Part shown: in pieces, positions 26,348 through 38,725 of the stretch
How the letters are laid out: every line of letters starts with the position of its first letter
Numbering within the stretch: the first letter of the stretch is position 1
DNA from: Acidobacteria bacterium SCN 69-37
GTDB taxonomy: Bacteria; Acidobacteriota; Vicinamibacteria; Vicinamibacterales; SCN-69-37
NCBI GenBank assembly: GCA_001724025.1
Contig: MEDJ01000009.1
Location: 41,777 to 105,776 of the forward strand
DNA: 64,000 nt
Reading direction: 5' to 3'
Made by a program: the position numbers and the translations under genes
Notes under the pieces: generated by a model
Told to the model about the DNA's origin: nothing
Database searches by the model: none
What the model saw: only the letters and a program-made list of their open reading frames with translations

Positions 26348-26902
26348 CTATATCTTCGGCAGCGTGACGCCGCTCTGCTTCAGGTACTTGCCCTTCTTGT
26401 CGGCGTAGGACTGCTCGCAGTCCTCGTCACTCTCGAGGAACAGCACCTGCGCGATGCCCTCGTTGGCGTAGATCTTCGCGGGCAGCGGCGTGGTGTTCGA
26501 GATCTCGAGCGTCACATAGCCTTCCCACTCGGGCTCGAACGGCGTGACGTTCACGATGATGCCGCACCGGGCATAAGTGGATTTGCCCAGGCAGATGGTG
26601 AGGATGTTGCGGGGAATCTTGAAGTACTCGATCGTCCTCGCCAGAGCGAACGAGTTGGGCGGTACGATGCAGACGTCGGCCGTGATGTCCACGAACGCGC
26701 GGGGATCGAAGTTCTTGGGATCGATCACCGTGTTGTTCACGTTCGTGAAGACCTTGAACTCGTCGGCCACGCGGATGTCGTACCCGTACGACGACACGCC
26801 GTACGACACCACCCCGGCCCGCACCTGTGTGTCGACGAACGGCGCGATCATGCCCTTCTCGAGGGCCATCCGGCGAATCCACCTGTCCGACTTGATCGGC
26901 AT
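26348..26902 (-). CDS. dcd: dCTP deaminase
   Basis: 184 aa: [21 protein letters not shown]…SYGYDIRV…[18 protein letters not shown]…[30 protein letters not shown]. Confidence 0.9.
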   Translation of the reverse strand: MPIKSDRWIRRMALEKGMIAPFVDTQVRAGVVSYGVSSYGYDIRVADEFKVFTNVNNTVIDPKNFDPRAFVDITADVCIVPPNSFALARTIEYFKIPRNILTICLGKSTYARCGIIVNVTPFEPEWEGYVTLEISNTTPLPAKIYANEGIAQVLFLESDEDCEQSYADKKGKYLKQSGVTLPKI

Positions 26903-26932
26903 ACCTGCGTCCCCGTCCGCGCGGCGCGTGCG

Positions 26933-27127
26933 TCAGCGCCGGAAGATCCACCCGATCAGCGAGAGCACCACGCTCACGACAATGCAGGTGACGATGGGAA
27001 AGTAGAACGTTGCGCCGCCGCGCCTGATGACGATATCGCCCGGCAGCCGGCCGAACGGCACGCCCGCCTTCACGAGCAGGCCCACGGCCACCAGGACGAC
27101 ACCGGCGAGAATCAGGAGGCGGGCCAT
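26933..27127 (-). CDS. DUF2905-like small membrane protein
   Basis: ORF trimmed to ATG 27125-27127, giving 64 aa: MARLLILAGVVLVAVGLLVKAGVPFGRLPGDIVIRRGGATFYFPIVTCIVVSVVLSLIGWIFRR. Confidence 0.6.
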   Translation of the reverse strand: MARLLILAGVVLVAVGLLVKAGVPFGRLPGDIVIRRGGATFYFPIVTCIVVSVVLSLIGWIFRR

Positions 27128-27182
27128 GTCGCGGTCCAGCGGACGCCGGGCGTGCACTGTCGCACGCCGGGCGCCCGGCGTG

Positions 27183-27599
27183 TCACAACTCCATGCCGCG
27201 GAAGAAGTAGCCGAGTTCGAACGCCGCCGTCTCGGGCGCGTCCGAGCCGTGCGTCGCGTTCTCGCCGATCGACGCGCCGAACTCCTTGCGCAGCGTGCCG
27301 GCCTCGGCCTTGGCGGGATCGGTCGCGCCCATCAGCGCGCGCCACTTCTTGATGGCATCGGGCGCCTCGAGCGCCAGCACCACGCACGGTCCCGACGACA
27401 TGAAGTCCGTCAGCCCGCCGAAGAACGGCCGCTCGCGATGGACGGCGTAGAAGCCCTCGGCTTCACGCTTCGAGAGGTAGGTCAACCGCATGGCCCGGAT
27501 GGTGAAGCCTTCCTGCTCGATGCGGGCGAGAATCCGACCGGTATAGCCGCTCTTGTACGCGTCCGGCTTGATGATGGCGAAGGTACGTTCCGTGGACAT
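27183..27599 (-). CDS. ndk: Nucleoside diphosphate kinase
   Basis: 138 aa: [11 protein letters not shown]…[18 protein letters not shown]…NATHGSD. Confidence 0.95.
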   Translation of the reverse strand: MSTERTFAIIKPDAYKSGYTGRILARIEQEGFTIRAMRLTYLSKREAEGFYAVHRERPFFGGLTDFMSSGPCVVLALEAPDAIKKWRALMGATDPAKAEAGTLRKEFGASIGENATHGSDAPETAAFELGYFFRGMEL

Positions 27600-27656
27600 A
27601 TCCGGACGATTCTATAAGAGCCCGCTGAAAAACGCAGGCGCAAACAGCGGCCGGGC

Positions 27657-28712
27657 CTATCGCAGCTGGTCCATCAACTGGTCGAGCACCGCCCTGGGCG
27701 GACGCACGCGCGACTCGGGCAATTGTCCGAGCGGCTCATCGACCAGGTTGAGCAGCTGCAGGAAGTCGTCCTTGTCGGGCTCGATGTAAATCACGCCGGT
27801 CGCGAACTCGCCGCGGGCCAGCGTCTCGTGCAGCAGGCGCGCCGCCGCCAGCTTGTCCGTCGGGTTGTAGGTTTCTTCGAGCTTCCGCAGGAACAGGTGC
27901 GATCCATCGTGCATCCGCACCCGCGTCGTCGATCCCGGCTCGTATTCCACCGAGATGTCCTCGAAGAACGGAACGAAGCTCACCTCGCCGAGCGGATCGT
28001 CGTGCGCCTTGACGTAGGCGTAGCTCTTCGTCGATCCCTCGTGATCGTTGAACGTCACGCACGGCGAGATGACGTCGATGAGCGACGTGCCCTTGTGCGC
28101 GATCGCCGCCTTGAGGATCGAGAGCAGCTGTTTCTTGTCGCCCGAGAACGACCGCGCCACGAACGTCGCGCCCAGCTCGATCGCCATCGCGCAGAGATCG
28201 ATTGGCGGCAGGTCGTTGACCACGCCGTTCTTCGCCTTGGTCCCGAAGTCGGCCGTCGGCGAGAACTGCCCCTTGGTCAGGCCGTAGCAGCCGTTGTCCT
28301 CGACCAGGTAAATCAGCGGCAGATTGCGGCGCATGGCGTGCACGAACTGGCCGATCCCGATGGCGCCCGTGTCCCCGTCGCCGCTCACCCCGATTGCCAG
28401 CAGCCCGCGGTTGGCGAGCATCGCGCCGGTGGCCACCGACGGCATGCGTCCGTGCACGGAGTTGAAGCCGTGCGCCGGGTTCAGGAAGTACGCCGGGCTC
28501 TTGCTCGAGCAGCCGATGCCCGAGAGCTTGATCACGCGGTGCGGATCGACGCCCATCTCGAAGAACGCGTCGATGATGCGCTCCGAGATCGCGTTGTGCC
28601 CGCAGCCGGCACAGAGCGTCGTCTTGCTGCCCCTGTAGCTCGAGACGTCGAGCTGGAGGCGGTTGACCTTCTTCAGAGGTGCCGGGGCTGGAGCCTGTGC
28701 GTCCGTGCTCAT
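27657..28712 (-). CDS. korB: 2-oxoacid (2-oxoglutarate):ferredoxin oxidoreductase, beta subunit
   Basis: ORF trimmed to ATG 28710-28712, giving 351 aa with CAGCGH, the TPP-binding GDGD…GIG segment and LIYLVEDNGCYGLTKGQ. The long upstream extension in the track is Arg/Gly-rich shadow overlapping korA. Confidence 0.9.
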   Translation of the reverse strand: MSTDAQAPAPAPLKKVNRLQLDVSSYRGSKTTLCAGCGHNAISERIIDAFFEMGVDPHRVIKLSGIGCSSKSPAYFLNPAHGFNSVHGRMPSVATGAMLANRGLLAIGVSGDGDTGAIGIGQFVHAMRRNLPLIYLVEDNGCYGLTKGQFSPTADFGTKAKNGVVNDLPPIDLCAMAIELGATFVARSFSGDKKQLLSILKAAIAHKGTSLIDVISPCVTFNDHEGSTKSYAYVKAHDDPLGEVSFVPFFEDISVEYEPGSTTRVRMHDGSHLFLRKLEETYNPTDKLAAARLLHETLARGEFATGVIYIEPDKDDFLQLLNLVDEPLGQLPESRVRPPRAVLDQLMDQLR

Positions 28713-30553
28713 GCGTTGCCTGCCTTTTCCTGCGCGAGAATGCCGTCGGTGATGCTGCGGGCGTCGATCGGCAGCCCGTTGTAATGCAGGACCGACCGCA
28801 GCCGCACGGCCGACGCCGGCTCGCCCTCGATCCGGAGCAGGCCCAGCATCTGGCCGTCGCGGTTCTGCTCGACGACATACACCCGATCGTACCGGCGGAT
28901 GAACTCGTGGACGGTCGCGGGGAACGGGTAGGCGCGCAGGCGGAGGTACGCCACCTCGACGCCGTGTTCCTCGCGCAGCTGATCGCGCGACTCCTCGACG
29001 GCGAAATGCGTCGTGCCGTAAGCGATGATCGCGATTTGCGTGCCGGCCACGTCCTCGACGACGGGCTGCGGCACGAGCGACTTCGCCGTCTCGAACTTGC
29101 GCGCGAGCCGGTCCACGTTCTTCGTGTAGTCGTCGGGCCGCTCGGTGTAGAGCGCCATGTCGTTGTGGCCCGATCCGCGCGTGAAGTACGCGGGCGCGCC
29201 GCTGCCGGGCAGCGTCCGGTACGGGATGCCGTCGCCGTCGAGATCGCGGTAGCGGCCCCACGTGCCGCCCAGCGCCTTCACGCCCTCGGCATCGAGCACC
29301 TTGCCGCGATCGATCGGCTTCTCGGGATAGTCGAACGGCTTCGACATCCAGGTGTTCATGCCCAGGTCGAGATCGCTCAGCACGAAGACGACGGTCTGCA
29401 GCCGCTCCGCCAGATCGAAGGACGCCATCGACATCTCGTAGCACTCCTCGACCGATCCCGGCAGGAGCACCACGTTCTTCGTGTCGCCGTGCGAGTTGAA
29501 CGCGGCAAACAGGATGTCGCCCTGCGCCGTGCGTGTCGGCAGGCCGGTGGACGGCCCGACGCGCTGCACGTCGAACACGACGGCCGGCACCTCGGCGTAG
29601 TACGCGAGGCCCGCGAACTCCGACATCAGCGAAATTCCGGGCCCCGACGTCGAGGTCATCGCACGTGCGCCGGCCCAGCTCGCGCCAATCACCATGCCGA
29701 GCGACGCGATCTCGTCCTCGGCCTGGACCACCGCGAACGTCGCCTTCCCCGTTTCCGGATCCATCCGGTACTTGCGCAGGTAGCGGATCAACGTTTCGGG
29801 CAGCGATGATGACGGCGTGATGGGATACCACGCGACCACGGTGACGCCGGCAAACAGGCACCCCATGGCCGCAGCCGTGTTGCCCTCGATGAGAATCTGC
29901 CCGGTGGTCTTGTCCATCCGCTCGACGCGGAACGGGTCGGCCTTGGTCAGGTGCTCGCTCGCCCACGTCCGGCCGGCCTCGAGCGCGGCCTGGTTCAGCG
30001 CCAGCGCCTTCGGCTTCTTCCCGAGCTGACGCGCGAGCGCCTGCTGCATCTCGCCCGCATCCATCGAGAGCAGTTCGGCCAGCACGCCGTCGTAGACCAT
30101 GTTCTTGACGAGGCGCCGCAGCTTCGCGTCGGTGCAGACCTCGGCCACGATCTTGTCGAACGGCACGGCGTAGAACACGAGATCCGACCGCAGGGTGTCG
30201 AGCCGCAGCGGTGCGTCGTAGACGACCGCACACCCCGGCTCGAGGCCCATGACGTCGTCGCGCGCCGTTTCCGGGTTCATCGCGACGAGCAGGTCGATTT
30301 CCTTCTTGCGGCTGATGTATCCGCGACGGTTCGCGCGGATCGTGTACCAGGTGGGCAGGCCGGCAATGTTCGACGGGAACATGTTCTTGCCCGACACCGG
30401 GATGCCCATCTGGAAGAGAGTACGCAGCAGCACCAGGTTGGCCGTCTGACTGCCTGACCCGTTGACGGTCGCGATCTGGATGCTGAAATCGTTCGTGACG
30501 CTGGCAGACGCCTGCGCCTGTTGAGGCTCACTCGCCGGTAGGGTTGAACTCAT
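28709..30553 (-). CDS. korA: 2-oxoacid (2-oxoglutarate):ferredoxin oxidoreductase, alpha subunit
   Basis: ORF trimmed to ATG 30551-30553, giving 614 aa: IQIATVNGSGSQTANLVLLRTLFQMGIPVSGKNMFPSNI.G.PTW…YPITPSS…. ATGA overlap with korB. Confidence 0.9.
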   Translation of the reverse strand: MSSTLPASEPQQAQASASVTNDFSIQIATVNGSGSQTANLVLLRTLFQMGIPVSGKNMFPSNIAGLPTWYTIRANRRGYISRKKEIDLLVAMNPETARDDVMGLEPGCAVVYDAPLRLDTLRSDLVFYAVPFDKIVAEVCTDAKLRRLVKNMVYDGVLAELLSMDAGEMQQALARQLGKKPKALALNQAALEAGRTWASEHLTKADPFRVERMDKTTGQILIEGNTAAAMGCLFAGVTVVAWYPITPSSSLPETLIRYLRKYRMDPETGKATFAVVQAEDEIASLGMVIGASWAGARAMTSTSGPGISLMSEFAGLAYYAEVPAVVFDVQRVGPSTGLPTRTAQGDILFAAFNSHGDTKNVVLLPGSVEECYEMSMASFDLAERLQTVVFVLSDLDLGMNTWMSKPFDYPEKPIDRGKVLDAEGVKALGGTWGRYRDLDGDGIPYRTLPGSGAPAYFTRGSGHNDMALYTERPDDYTKNVDRLARKFETAKSLVPQPVVEDVAGTQIAIIAYGTTHFAVEESRDQLREEHGVEVAYLRLRAYPFPATVHEFIRRYDRVYVVEQNRDGQMLGLLRIEGEPASAVRLRSVLHYNGLPIDARSITDGILAQEKAGNA

Positions 30554-30736
30554 GCGTGTCGATGTGCGGCGGTAAGCGGATGGGGTCGCCGTACAACCCG
30601 ACAAGTATACATGAGGGCGATGCCGGCCCTACCGCCGGACAGGGGATCGGGCGGCAGCGCCGGCCGAACTGGCGAAGGCGGCGGCTGAAGGGGCGCGGGG
30701 ACCGACACCGAGGTCGGCCCCTGCGACCGTCCCTAC

Positions 30737-31609
30737 TCAGTTCTTGAGCGACTCGACCACGGCCCTGCCGATGTCGGCCGGGCTCTTGACGACGCGGACG
30801 CCCGCACCCGACAACGCCGCCATCTTCTCGGCGGCCGTGCCCTTGCCACCCGAGATGATGGCCCCGGCGTGGCCCATCCGTCGTCCGGCCGGCGCGGTCT
30901 GGCCGGCGATGAACCCGACGACCGGCTTCGTGAACGACGTCTTGATGAACGCCGCCGCGTCTTCCTCGGCGCTGCCGCCGATCTCGCCGATCAGCACCAC
31001 CGCCTCGGTCTCATCGTCGGCGGCAAACAGCGTCAGTGCGTCGATGAACGAGGTGCCGATCAGCGGATCGCCACCAATGCCGATGCAGGTCGTCTGGCCG
31101 AGCCCGAGGCCGGTCAGTTGGTGGATCGCCTCGTAGGTCAGCGTGCCGCTCTTCGACACGATGCCGACCTTGCCCGGCGTGCAGATGTGGCCGGGAATGA
31201 TGCCGGCCTTGGCCTGGCCGGCCGTGATCAGGCCCGGGCAGTTCGGACCGATGACGCGCGTCTGGCGCCCTTCGAGGAACGCGAACGCGCGCATCATGTC
31301 GATGGTCGGGATGCCCTCGGTGATGCAGACGACGAGCGGAATGCCGGCGTCGGCCGCTTCCATGACGGCGTCGGCACCGCCGGGCGGCGGCACGAAGACG
31401 ACCGACGCGTTGGCCCCCGTCTTCTCCACCGCTTCGGCGACCGTGTTGAACACGGGCCAGCCTTCGTGCGTGGTGCCACCCTTGCCCGGCGTCACACCGC
31501 CGACGACGGTTGTGCCGTAGTCCTGGGCCTGCTTGGCGTGAAAGGTGCCCTCGCGGCCGGTAATGCCCTGCACGAGCAGGCGCGTGGATTTGTCGATGAG
31601 TACTGCCAT
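30737..31609 (-). CDS. sucD: Succinyl-CoA ligase, alpha subunit
   Basis: ORF trimmed to ATG 31607-31609, giving 290 aa: [24 protein letters not shown]…GPNCPG…SKSGTLTYE…RMGHAGAII. Confidence 0.95.
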   Translation of the reverse strand: MAVLIDKSTRLLVQGITGREGTFHAKQAQDYGTTVVGGVTPGKGGTTHEGWPVFNTVAEAVEKTGANASVVFVPPPGGADAVMEAADAGIPLVVCITEGIPTIDMMRAFAFLEGRQTRVIGPNCPGLITAGQAKAGIIPGHICTPGKVGIVSKSGTLTYEAIHQLTGLGLGQTTCIGIGGDPLIGTSFIDALTLFAADDETEAVVLIGEIGGSAEEDAAAFIKTSFTKPVVGFIAGQTAPAGRRMGHAGAIISGGKGTAAEKMAALSGAGVRVVKSPADIGRAVVESLKN

Positions 31610-31685
31610 GTGATCTCGTCTTTGGGATTGCAGATTCCGTCTGCGACGCCGCCGCAGGGGCGAGACATGCCTCGCCCCTACGTGG

Positions 31686-32846
31686 TTAACCTGCCAGCGC
31701 CACGACACGCTCGGCGCCTTCGCCCATCGTGTCCGCGGTGGTGAAATTGAGCCCGCTCTCCTGGAGCATCTGCTTGCCGAGCTCGACGTTGGTGCCTTCC
31801 ATCCGGATGACGATCGGGATGTTCACGCCCAGCTCGGTGACGGCCGCGATGACGCCCTGCGCGAGCACGTCGCATCGCAGGATGCCGCCGAAGATGTTGA
31901 TGAACACGGCCTTGACGGCCGCGTCCGACGTCAGGATGCGGAACGCGTTGCGGATCTGCTCCGCGTTGGCGCCGCCACCGACGTCCAGGAAGTTGGCCGG
32001 TTCGCCGCCCGCCAGCTTGATGATGTCCATCGTCGCCATGGCGAGGCCGGCGCCGTTGACCATGCAGCCGATCGTGCCGTCGAGCTTGATGTAGTTGAGC
32101 GAGAACTTCGAGGCATCGATCTCGAGCGGATCTTCCTCGCTGAGATCGCGCAGATCCTTCAGGTCCGCGTGCCGATAGAGCGCGTTGTCGTCGAAGGCCA
32201 CCTTCGCGTCGAGCGCGAGCAGGTTGCCCTCGCCGGTGACGATGAGCGGGTTGATCTCGACCATCGACGCATCGGTGGCGACGAAGGCGTTGTAGACGCC
32301 GGTCATCAGCTTGACGGCCTGGCCGACCTGCGGGCCCGCGAGGCCGAGGCTGAAGGCCAGCTGCCGCGCCTGGAAGGGCTGGAGGCCGACGGCCGGATCG
32401 ATGAACACCTTGAAGATGCGATCGGGCGTCTCTTCGGCGACCTTCTCGATCTCGACGCCGCCGTCCGGGCTGACCATCAGCACCGGCTGCTTCGTGGCGC
32501 GATCGATGACGAGCCCCAGGTAGAGTTCGCGGGCGATCGCGAGGCCCTCCTCCACGAGCACGCGGCCGACGACGCGGCCTTCGGGACCGGTCTGATAGGT
32601 GACGAGCGTCATGCCGAGCAGCGCGGACGCGGCCTCGGCCGCTGCCGCCGCTCCCTTGACGACCTTCACGCCGCCGCCCTTGCCCCGACCGCCCGCGTGA
32701 ATCTGCGCCTTCACGACGACGGTGCCGCCGCCGAGGGTCTTGGCGGCCGCTTCGGCCTCGGCCGGCGTGAAGACCACCTCGCCGCGGGGAACCGGCACGC
32801 CGAACTTCGCCAGAATGGTTTTGCCTTGGTACTCGTGAATCTTCAT
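31686..32846 (-). CDS. sucC: Succinyl-CoA ligase, beta subunit
   Basis: 386 aa: [21 protein letters not shown]…[18 protein letters not shown]…NIFGGI.RCD. Confidence 0.95.
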   Translation of the reverse strand: MKIHEYQGKTILAKFGVPVPRGEVVFTPAEAEAAAKTLGGGTVVVKAQIHAGGRGKGGGVKVVKGAAAAAEAASALLGMTLVTYQTGPEGRVVGRVLVEEGLAIARELYLGLVIDRATKQPVLMVSPDGGVEIEKVAEETPDRIFKVFIDPAVGLQPFQARQLAFSLGLAGPQVGQAVKLMTGVYNAFVATDASMVEINPLIVTGEGNLLALDAKVAFDDNALYRHADLKDLRDLSEEDPLEIDASKFSLNYIKLDGTIGCMVNGAGLAMATMDIIKLAGGEPANFLDVGGGANAEQIRNAFRILTSDAAVKAVFINIFGGILRCDVLAQGVIAAVTELGVNIPIVIRMEGTNVELGKQMLQESGLNFTTADTMGEGAERVVALAG

Positions 32847-32915
32847 CGCGCGAAGAGTCTACGGGGTTGTGGCGATGCGATCAAGAAACGATATACTTCG
32901 TGCTTGGAGTCACGC

Positions 32916-33574
32916 ATGAAAGTGCTGCAGGCACTCAGCACATCAACTGGGTCAAAGATTCTCGTCGCGCTCACCGGGCTGGCCATGGTGGGCTTCCTCG
33001 TCGGCCACCTGGCCGGTAACCTCCTCGCTCTCTTCGGTCCCGACATCTACAACGAATATTCCCATGCGCTGATCAGCAATCCGCTGCTCGTGCCTGTGGA
33101 AATCGGGCTCGTGGCGATTCTGGTGATGCACATGGGGACGGCCGTCCGCATGGTGCTGCGGGCCCGGCAGGCTCGTCCCACGCGCTACGCCGTGAAGAAG
33201 TGGGCCGGCGGCGCGAGCCGCAAGTCGGTCGCCTCCACGTCGATGATCGTGACCGGCGTGCTCATCCTGCTGTTCCTGATTTCGCACCTGTGGACGTTCA
33301 AGTACGGCGCGTGGTACACCGACCCCACCACCGGGTATCGCGACCTGTACACGCTGCTCGTCGAAGTGTTCCGGAGTCCGTTCAACGTCGTCTTCTACGT
33401 GATCTGCATGCTGCTCGTGGGGATGCACCTGCGGCACGGCATCTCGAGCGCGTTCCAGTCGCTCGGCCTGATGCCACGCAGCTGGACGGCCCGGATCCTC
33501 CGGGCGGGTGCTGCGCTCGCCCTCATCCTGGGCATCGGCTTCGCGCTGATCCCGATCTACGTCTACTTCGTCCT

Positions 33575-33578
<4 letters not shown>
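32916..33578 (+). CDS. sdhC: Succinate dehydrogenase/fumarate reductase cytochrome b subunit (single 5-TM b558-type)
   Basis: ORF trimmed to ATG 32916, giving 220 aa with five hydrophobic helices and conserved His residues ([26 protein letters not shown]). ATGA overlap with sdhA. Confidence 0.8.
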
Positions 33579-35488
<1,910 letters not shown>

Positions 35489-35490
35489 TC

Positions 35491-36234
35491 ATGCGCATCC
35501 ACCTTCGTATCTGGCGTCAGAACGGCCCGACCGATCAGGGCCGCTTCGAGAACCACACGGTCGAGTCGGTCTCCCCCGACATGTCCTTCCTGGAGATGCT
35601 GGATACGCTCAACGAGACGCTCATCCGCCAGGGACAGGAGCCGGTGGCGTTCGATTCGGACTGCCGCGAAGGCATCTGCGGCACGTGCGGCTTCCTGGTC
35701 GACGGCCAGCCCCACGGCCCCGATCCGTGCACGACCGTCTGCCAGCTGCACATGCGGCGGTTCAAGGATGGCGATCACCTGACGCTCGAGCCGTGGCGCG
35801 CGAAGGCCTTCCCGGTGCTGCGCGATCTCGTCGTCGATCGCAGCGCGTTCGACCGCATCATCCAGGCCGGCGGCTACACCTCGGTCAACACCGGCGGCGC
35901 GCCTGACGGCAACGCTGTCCCGATCGCGAAGCAGACGGCGGAAGCGGCCTTCGATTCAGCGCAGTGCATCGGGTGCGGCGCCTGCGTCGCGGCGTGCAAG
36001 AATGCCTCGGCGGTCCTGTTCACCTCGGCCAAGGTCACGCACATGGCCCTGCTGCCCCAGGGGCAGGTCGAACGCCACACGCGTGTGCTGAACATGGTCG
36101 CGCGCATGGATCTCGAGGGCTTCGGCCCGTGCTCGAACGAAGGCGAATGCGAAGCGGTCTGCCCGAAGGGGATCTCGCTCGCCAATATCGCGACGCTGAA
36201 CCGCGAGTGGTGGAAGGCGACGCTGCTGAAGTAG
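35491..36234 (+). CDS. sdhB: Succinate dehydrogenase/fumarate reductase iron-sulfur subunit
   Basis: From ATG 35491, 247 aa with Cys clusters [21 protein letters not shown] and [15 protein letters not shown]. Confidence 0.95.
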   Translation: MRIHLRIWRQNGPTDQGRFENHTVESVSPDMSFLEMLDTLNETLIRQGQEPVAFDSDCREGICGTCGFLVDGQPHGPDPCTTVCQLHMRRFKDGDHLTLEPWRAKAFPVLRDLVVDRSAFDRIIQAGGYTSVNTGGAPDGNAVPIAKQTAEAAFDSAQCIGCGACVAACKNASAVLFTSAKVTHMALLPQGQVERHTRVLNMVARMDLEGFGPCSNEGECEAVCPKGISLANIATLNREWWKATLLK

Positions 36235-36644
36235 TCAGCGACCGCCGTCACGGCCCATCGTGACGGCCGATCCAACCACACCGACGGCAATCAGCACGAG
36301 GCCGGCGACGCTCAGGAATACGCCCATGTGTGACTCCTGATCCGGCCTGTGAGCAAGGGACGTACCGGGTCGTCGCGCACCCCGGCTTGCTCGCCGTCCG
36401 TCCCGCCATTCGCCGTCGACTGCTCACCGCTGCCCCGCACTGCACGGCCCCGCAGTGCCGCACCGCCCACCACCGATCGCGTCGTGCCCATAGCTGGACA
36501 ACCGTGTGCGTCGGCGGAGCCACGGAAGTGTCGCCCGAGCGACAGGGCCCGACAGCCTCGCGGTGCCAGCGCCAACCGCGGCGAACCGGTGTCCAATCCG
36601 TACATCCGGCGATTTCGCCCATTTACAACGTGAGGGATTCCCGC

Positions 36645-38528
36645 ATGTGGTCCTCCCGCGTCGTTGTCGCGTGCAGCCTGGTGATGTCGGCCGTTGTTGG
36701 TGCGCAGGGTCCGCCGCCACCGCCGCCGCTGCCTGTTCCGTCGGCGCCCGGGGCGCGGGCCGAGTGGCTCGCCCCGGCCCACGCGGTCGCCGTCAGTGGC
36801 GTCGTCGTCGACGCGGCGACAGGGGCGCCGATTGCCGACGCCGTGGTCGAAGTGTCGGTGGGCGGCCGGCTCATCCGCACCGATGCCGGACGGCCCCGCA
36901 CGAGCGATGCGCGCGGCCGCTTCGTCTTCGAGGGCCTGCCGCCTGGCGATCTCGCGGTCCACGCGAGCGCCACGGGTTTCCTCAGCAGCGGATTTTCCCC
37001 GGAAAGCCGGGCTTCGGTCGATCGGTTCCCGGCACGCGCGGGCGAGTGGGTGTCCGACCTGCGGATCGCACTGGTCAGACCCGCGGTCCTGGCCGGCCGG
37101 GTGATCGACGAGCGCGGCGATCCCGTGGTGGGCGTCAACGTCGGCGTCCTCGAACGCGTGCGCGTCGCGGGCGCCGACCACTACATGTCGGGCCGCGCGG
37201 CCGTCACCGATGACCGCGGCGCATTCCGCATCATCGATCTGACGCCCGGGACGTATCTCGTGCTCGTGCCAGGGGCCGAGGCCGCAGTTCCCGTGACGCC
37301 GGCTCGCCTGCCGTTTCCCGGGCAGCCGCCGACGCCGCCACCGGATATGGATGGCCTGCGGCGAACCTACGCCCCCACGTTTCATCCGGCCGCGCGCGAC
37401 GTCCCGGCCGCGCAGACGGTTACGCTGCACGCCGGCGAGACGCGCGAGGGTATCGACGTGCACCTCGACCCGGTGCGCGCGACGCGTCTGTCCGGCGCGA
37501 TCGAAGGCCCGACGGACTGGATCGCCAACATCGCCGTGCGTCTCATTCCGACCGGTGGCACGGGCACCTCGACGGACGTCATCGAGACGCGCACCGATGG
37601 CCAGGGGCGATTCACGTTCGACAGGATCGCCGAGGGCGCCTACACGCTCGTGGCCACCCGCCGCTGGAGCGAACTGACACGCGGCGCGCGGCTCGGCGAG
37701 CCCGCGCTGCGACCGCTGGTCTCTCCCGGTGTGGGCAACGCGACGACGGATCTCGAGTCAGGACCGCCAGGCGTGCGTCTCAGCACGAGCACGATGGCCG
37801 GTTCGCACGCGCTCGTCGCAACCCAGCCGCTCGTCGTCAGTGGAGACGCGATGTCCGGCGTGGTCGTGACGGCGCGACCGCTGGCAGCGCTGCGAGGTCA
37901 CCTCACGCGAGAGATCGACGCCAGGCACCCGACGCCGACCCTGCAGCCGGCGGGTGGACTCCTCGTCGATCCGGCCGATGGTTCGGTGCAGGCTGGGATG
38001 CCGCGCAGTGACGTGAAGCCCGACGATCCGGCGACGACGTTCACGATCGCCGGGATTTCCCCGGGCCCCTTTCACCTGCGGTCGTCATTCGGCTGGCTGA
38101 TCAAGTCCGTGATGTGGAACGGTCGCGACTACACGTACCGGCCTTTCGATCCCGAGGGAGACGGAGACGTCAACGACGTCCAGGTGGTGGTGACGAACGC
38201 GGTGGCGACGATCAGCGGCACTGTTCGCGGCCTGGACGACGTCGCGGCGGGTGCAACCGTCGTGCTCTTCCCCACCGCCCCGGCGCGATGGACGCACTAC
38301 GGACTGATACCTGTCGAGATCCGGCGCGCGCAGACGGCCGCGGAGGGACGCTACACCTTCACCGGCCTGCCGGCGGGCTCCTACGCCCTGGCGGCCGTTC
38401 CGGCGTCGAGTCCGATCGAACTGCACGAAGACACGTTCAGGCGTCTGCAACCGCAGGCGGCCACCATCACGATCGACTGGGGCGAATCGCGTCCGCTCGA
38501 TCTGCGCGCGATCGGAGGCCAGCCATGA
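36645..38528 (+). CDS. Secreted protein with repeated carboxypeptidase-regulatory-like (CarboxypepD_reg) domains
   Basis: ORF trimmed to ATG 36645 (MWSSRVVVACSLVMSAVVGAQG…). It has recurrent V.G.V.D…G.P….A.V…….T.D..G.F.F..L..G.Y modules. Confidence 0.7.
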   Translation: MWSSRVVVACSLVMSAVVGAQGPPPPPPLPVPSAPGARAEWLAPAHAVAVSGVVVDAATGAPIADAVVEVSVGGRLIRTDAGRPRTSDARGRFVFEGLPPGDLAVHASATGFLSSGFSPESRASVDRFPARAGEWVSDLRIALVRPAVLAGRVIDERGDPVVGVNVGVLERVRVAGADHYMSGRAAVTDDRGAFRIIDLTPGTYLVLVPGAEAAVPVTPARLPFPGQPPTPPPDMDGLRRTYAPTFHPAARDVPAAQTVTLHAGETREGIDVHLDPVRATRLSGAIEGPTDWIANIAVRLIPTGGTGTSTDVIETRTDGQGRFTFDRIAEGAYTLVATRRWSELTRGARLGEPALRPLVSPGVGNATTDLESGPPGVRLSTSTMAGSHALVATQPLVVSGDAMSGVVVTARPLAALRGHLTREIDARHPTPTLQPAGGLLVDPADGSVQAGMPRSDVKPDDPATTFTIAGISPGPFHLRSSFGWLIKSVMWNGRDYTYRPFDPEGDGDVNDVQVVVTNAVATISGTVRGLDDVAAGATVVLFPTAPARWTHYGLIPVEIRRAQTAAEGRYTFTGLPAGSYALAAVPASSPIELHEDTFRRLQPQAATITIDWGESRPLDLRAIGGQP

Positions 38529-38559
38529 ACCTGCTCGTTGGTACATCCGGATGCCTGTC

Positions 38560-38709
38560 CCCCGGGGCTGAAGCCCCGGGGCTCCGACCGTCCATGAATG
38601 GCGCCCTTCCAACGCTCTTCGGCGCCCTTCCGCAACTCCTCGGAGCCCTTCCAACGCTCTTCGGAGCGCGTCCACAGATCTTCGGAGCCCCGGGGCTTCA
38701 GCCCCGGGG
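38560..38709. repeat. Composite element: two inverted copies of the CCCCGGGGC hairpin (38560-38581, 38688-38709) flanking four tandem 21-nt repeats (38600-38683)
   Basis: The hairpin loops are TGAA and TTCA, so the hairpins are in opposite orientation. The units GGCGCCCTTCCAACGCTCTTC, GGCGCCCTTCCGCAACTCCTC, GGAGCCCTTCCAACGCTCTTC and GGAGCGCGTCCACAGATCTTC lie between two paralogous genes. Confidence 0.75.
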
Positions 38710-38725
38710 AATCGGGTTTGCACTG

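Noticed and set aside
27657-30233. 858-aa version of the korB ORF, and similar long N-terminal extensions of 3414..4742, 5124..6317, 7996..10671, 30737..31708, 55203..56525 and 60343..62271
   Set aside because: The extensions are Arg/Pro/Gly-rich and overlap the upstream gene. The conserved protein begins at an internal ATG with an SD or a start/stop overlap, so I trimmed them.
36235-36327. 30-aa hydrophobic minus-strand ORF (MGVFLSVAGLVLIAVGVVGSAVTMGRDGGR) with GGAG upstream, abutting the sdhB stop
   Set aside because: It is plausible as a small membrane peptide. But the only evidence is a short hydrophobic stretch and a weak SD, which is not enough to call.
38600-38683. Tandem 21-nt repeats considered as a possible CRISPR array (also 22911-22982 and 44732-44796)
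   Set aside because: The repeats are directly adjacent with no unique spacers. The units are too short, and no cas genes are present. They are satellite-like parts of the hairpin element family.
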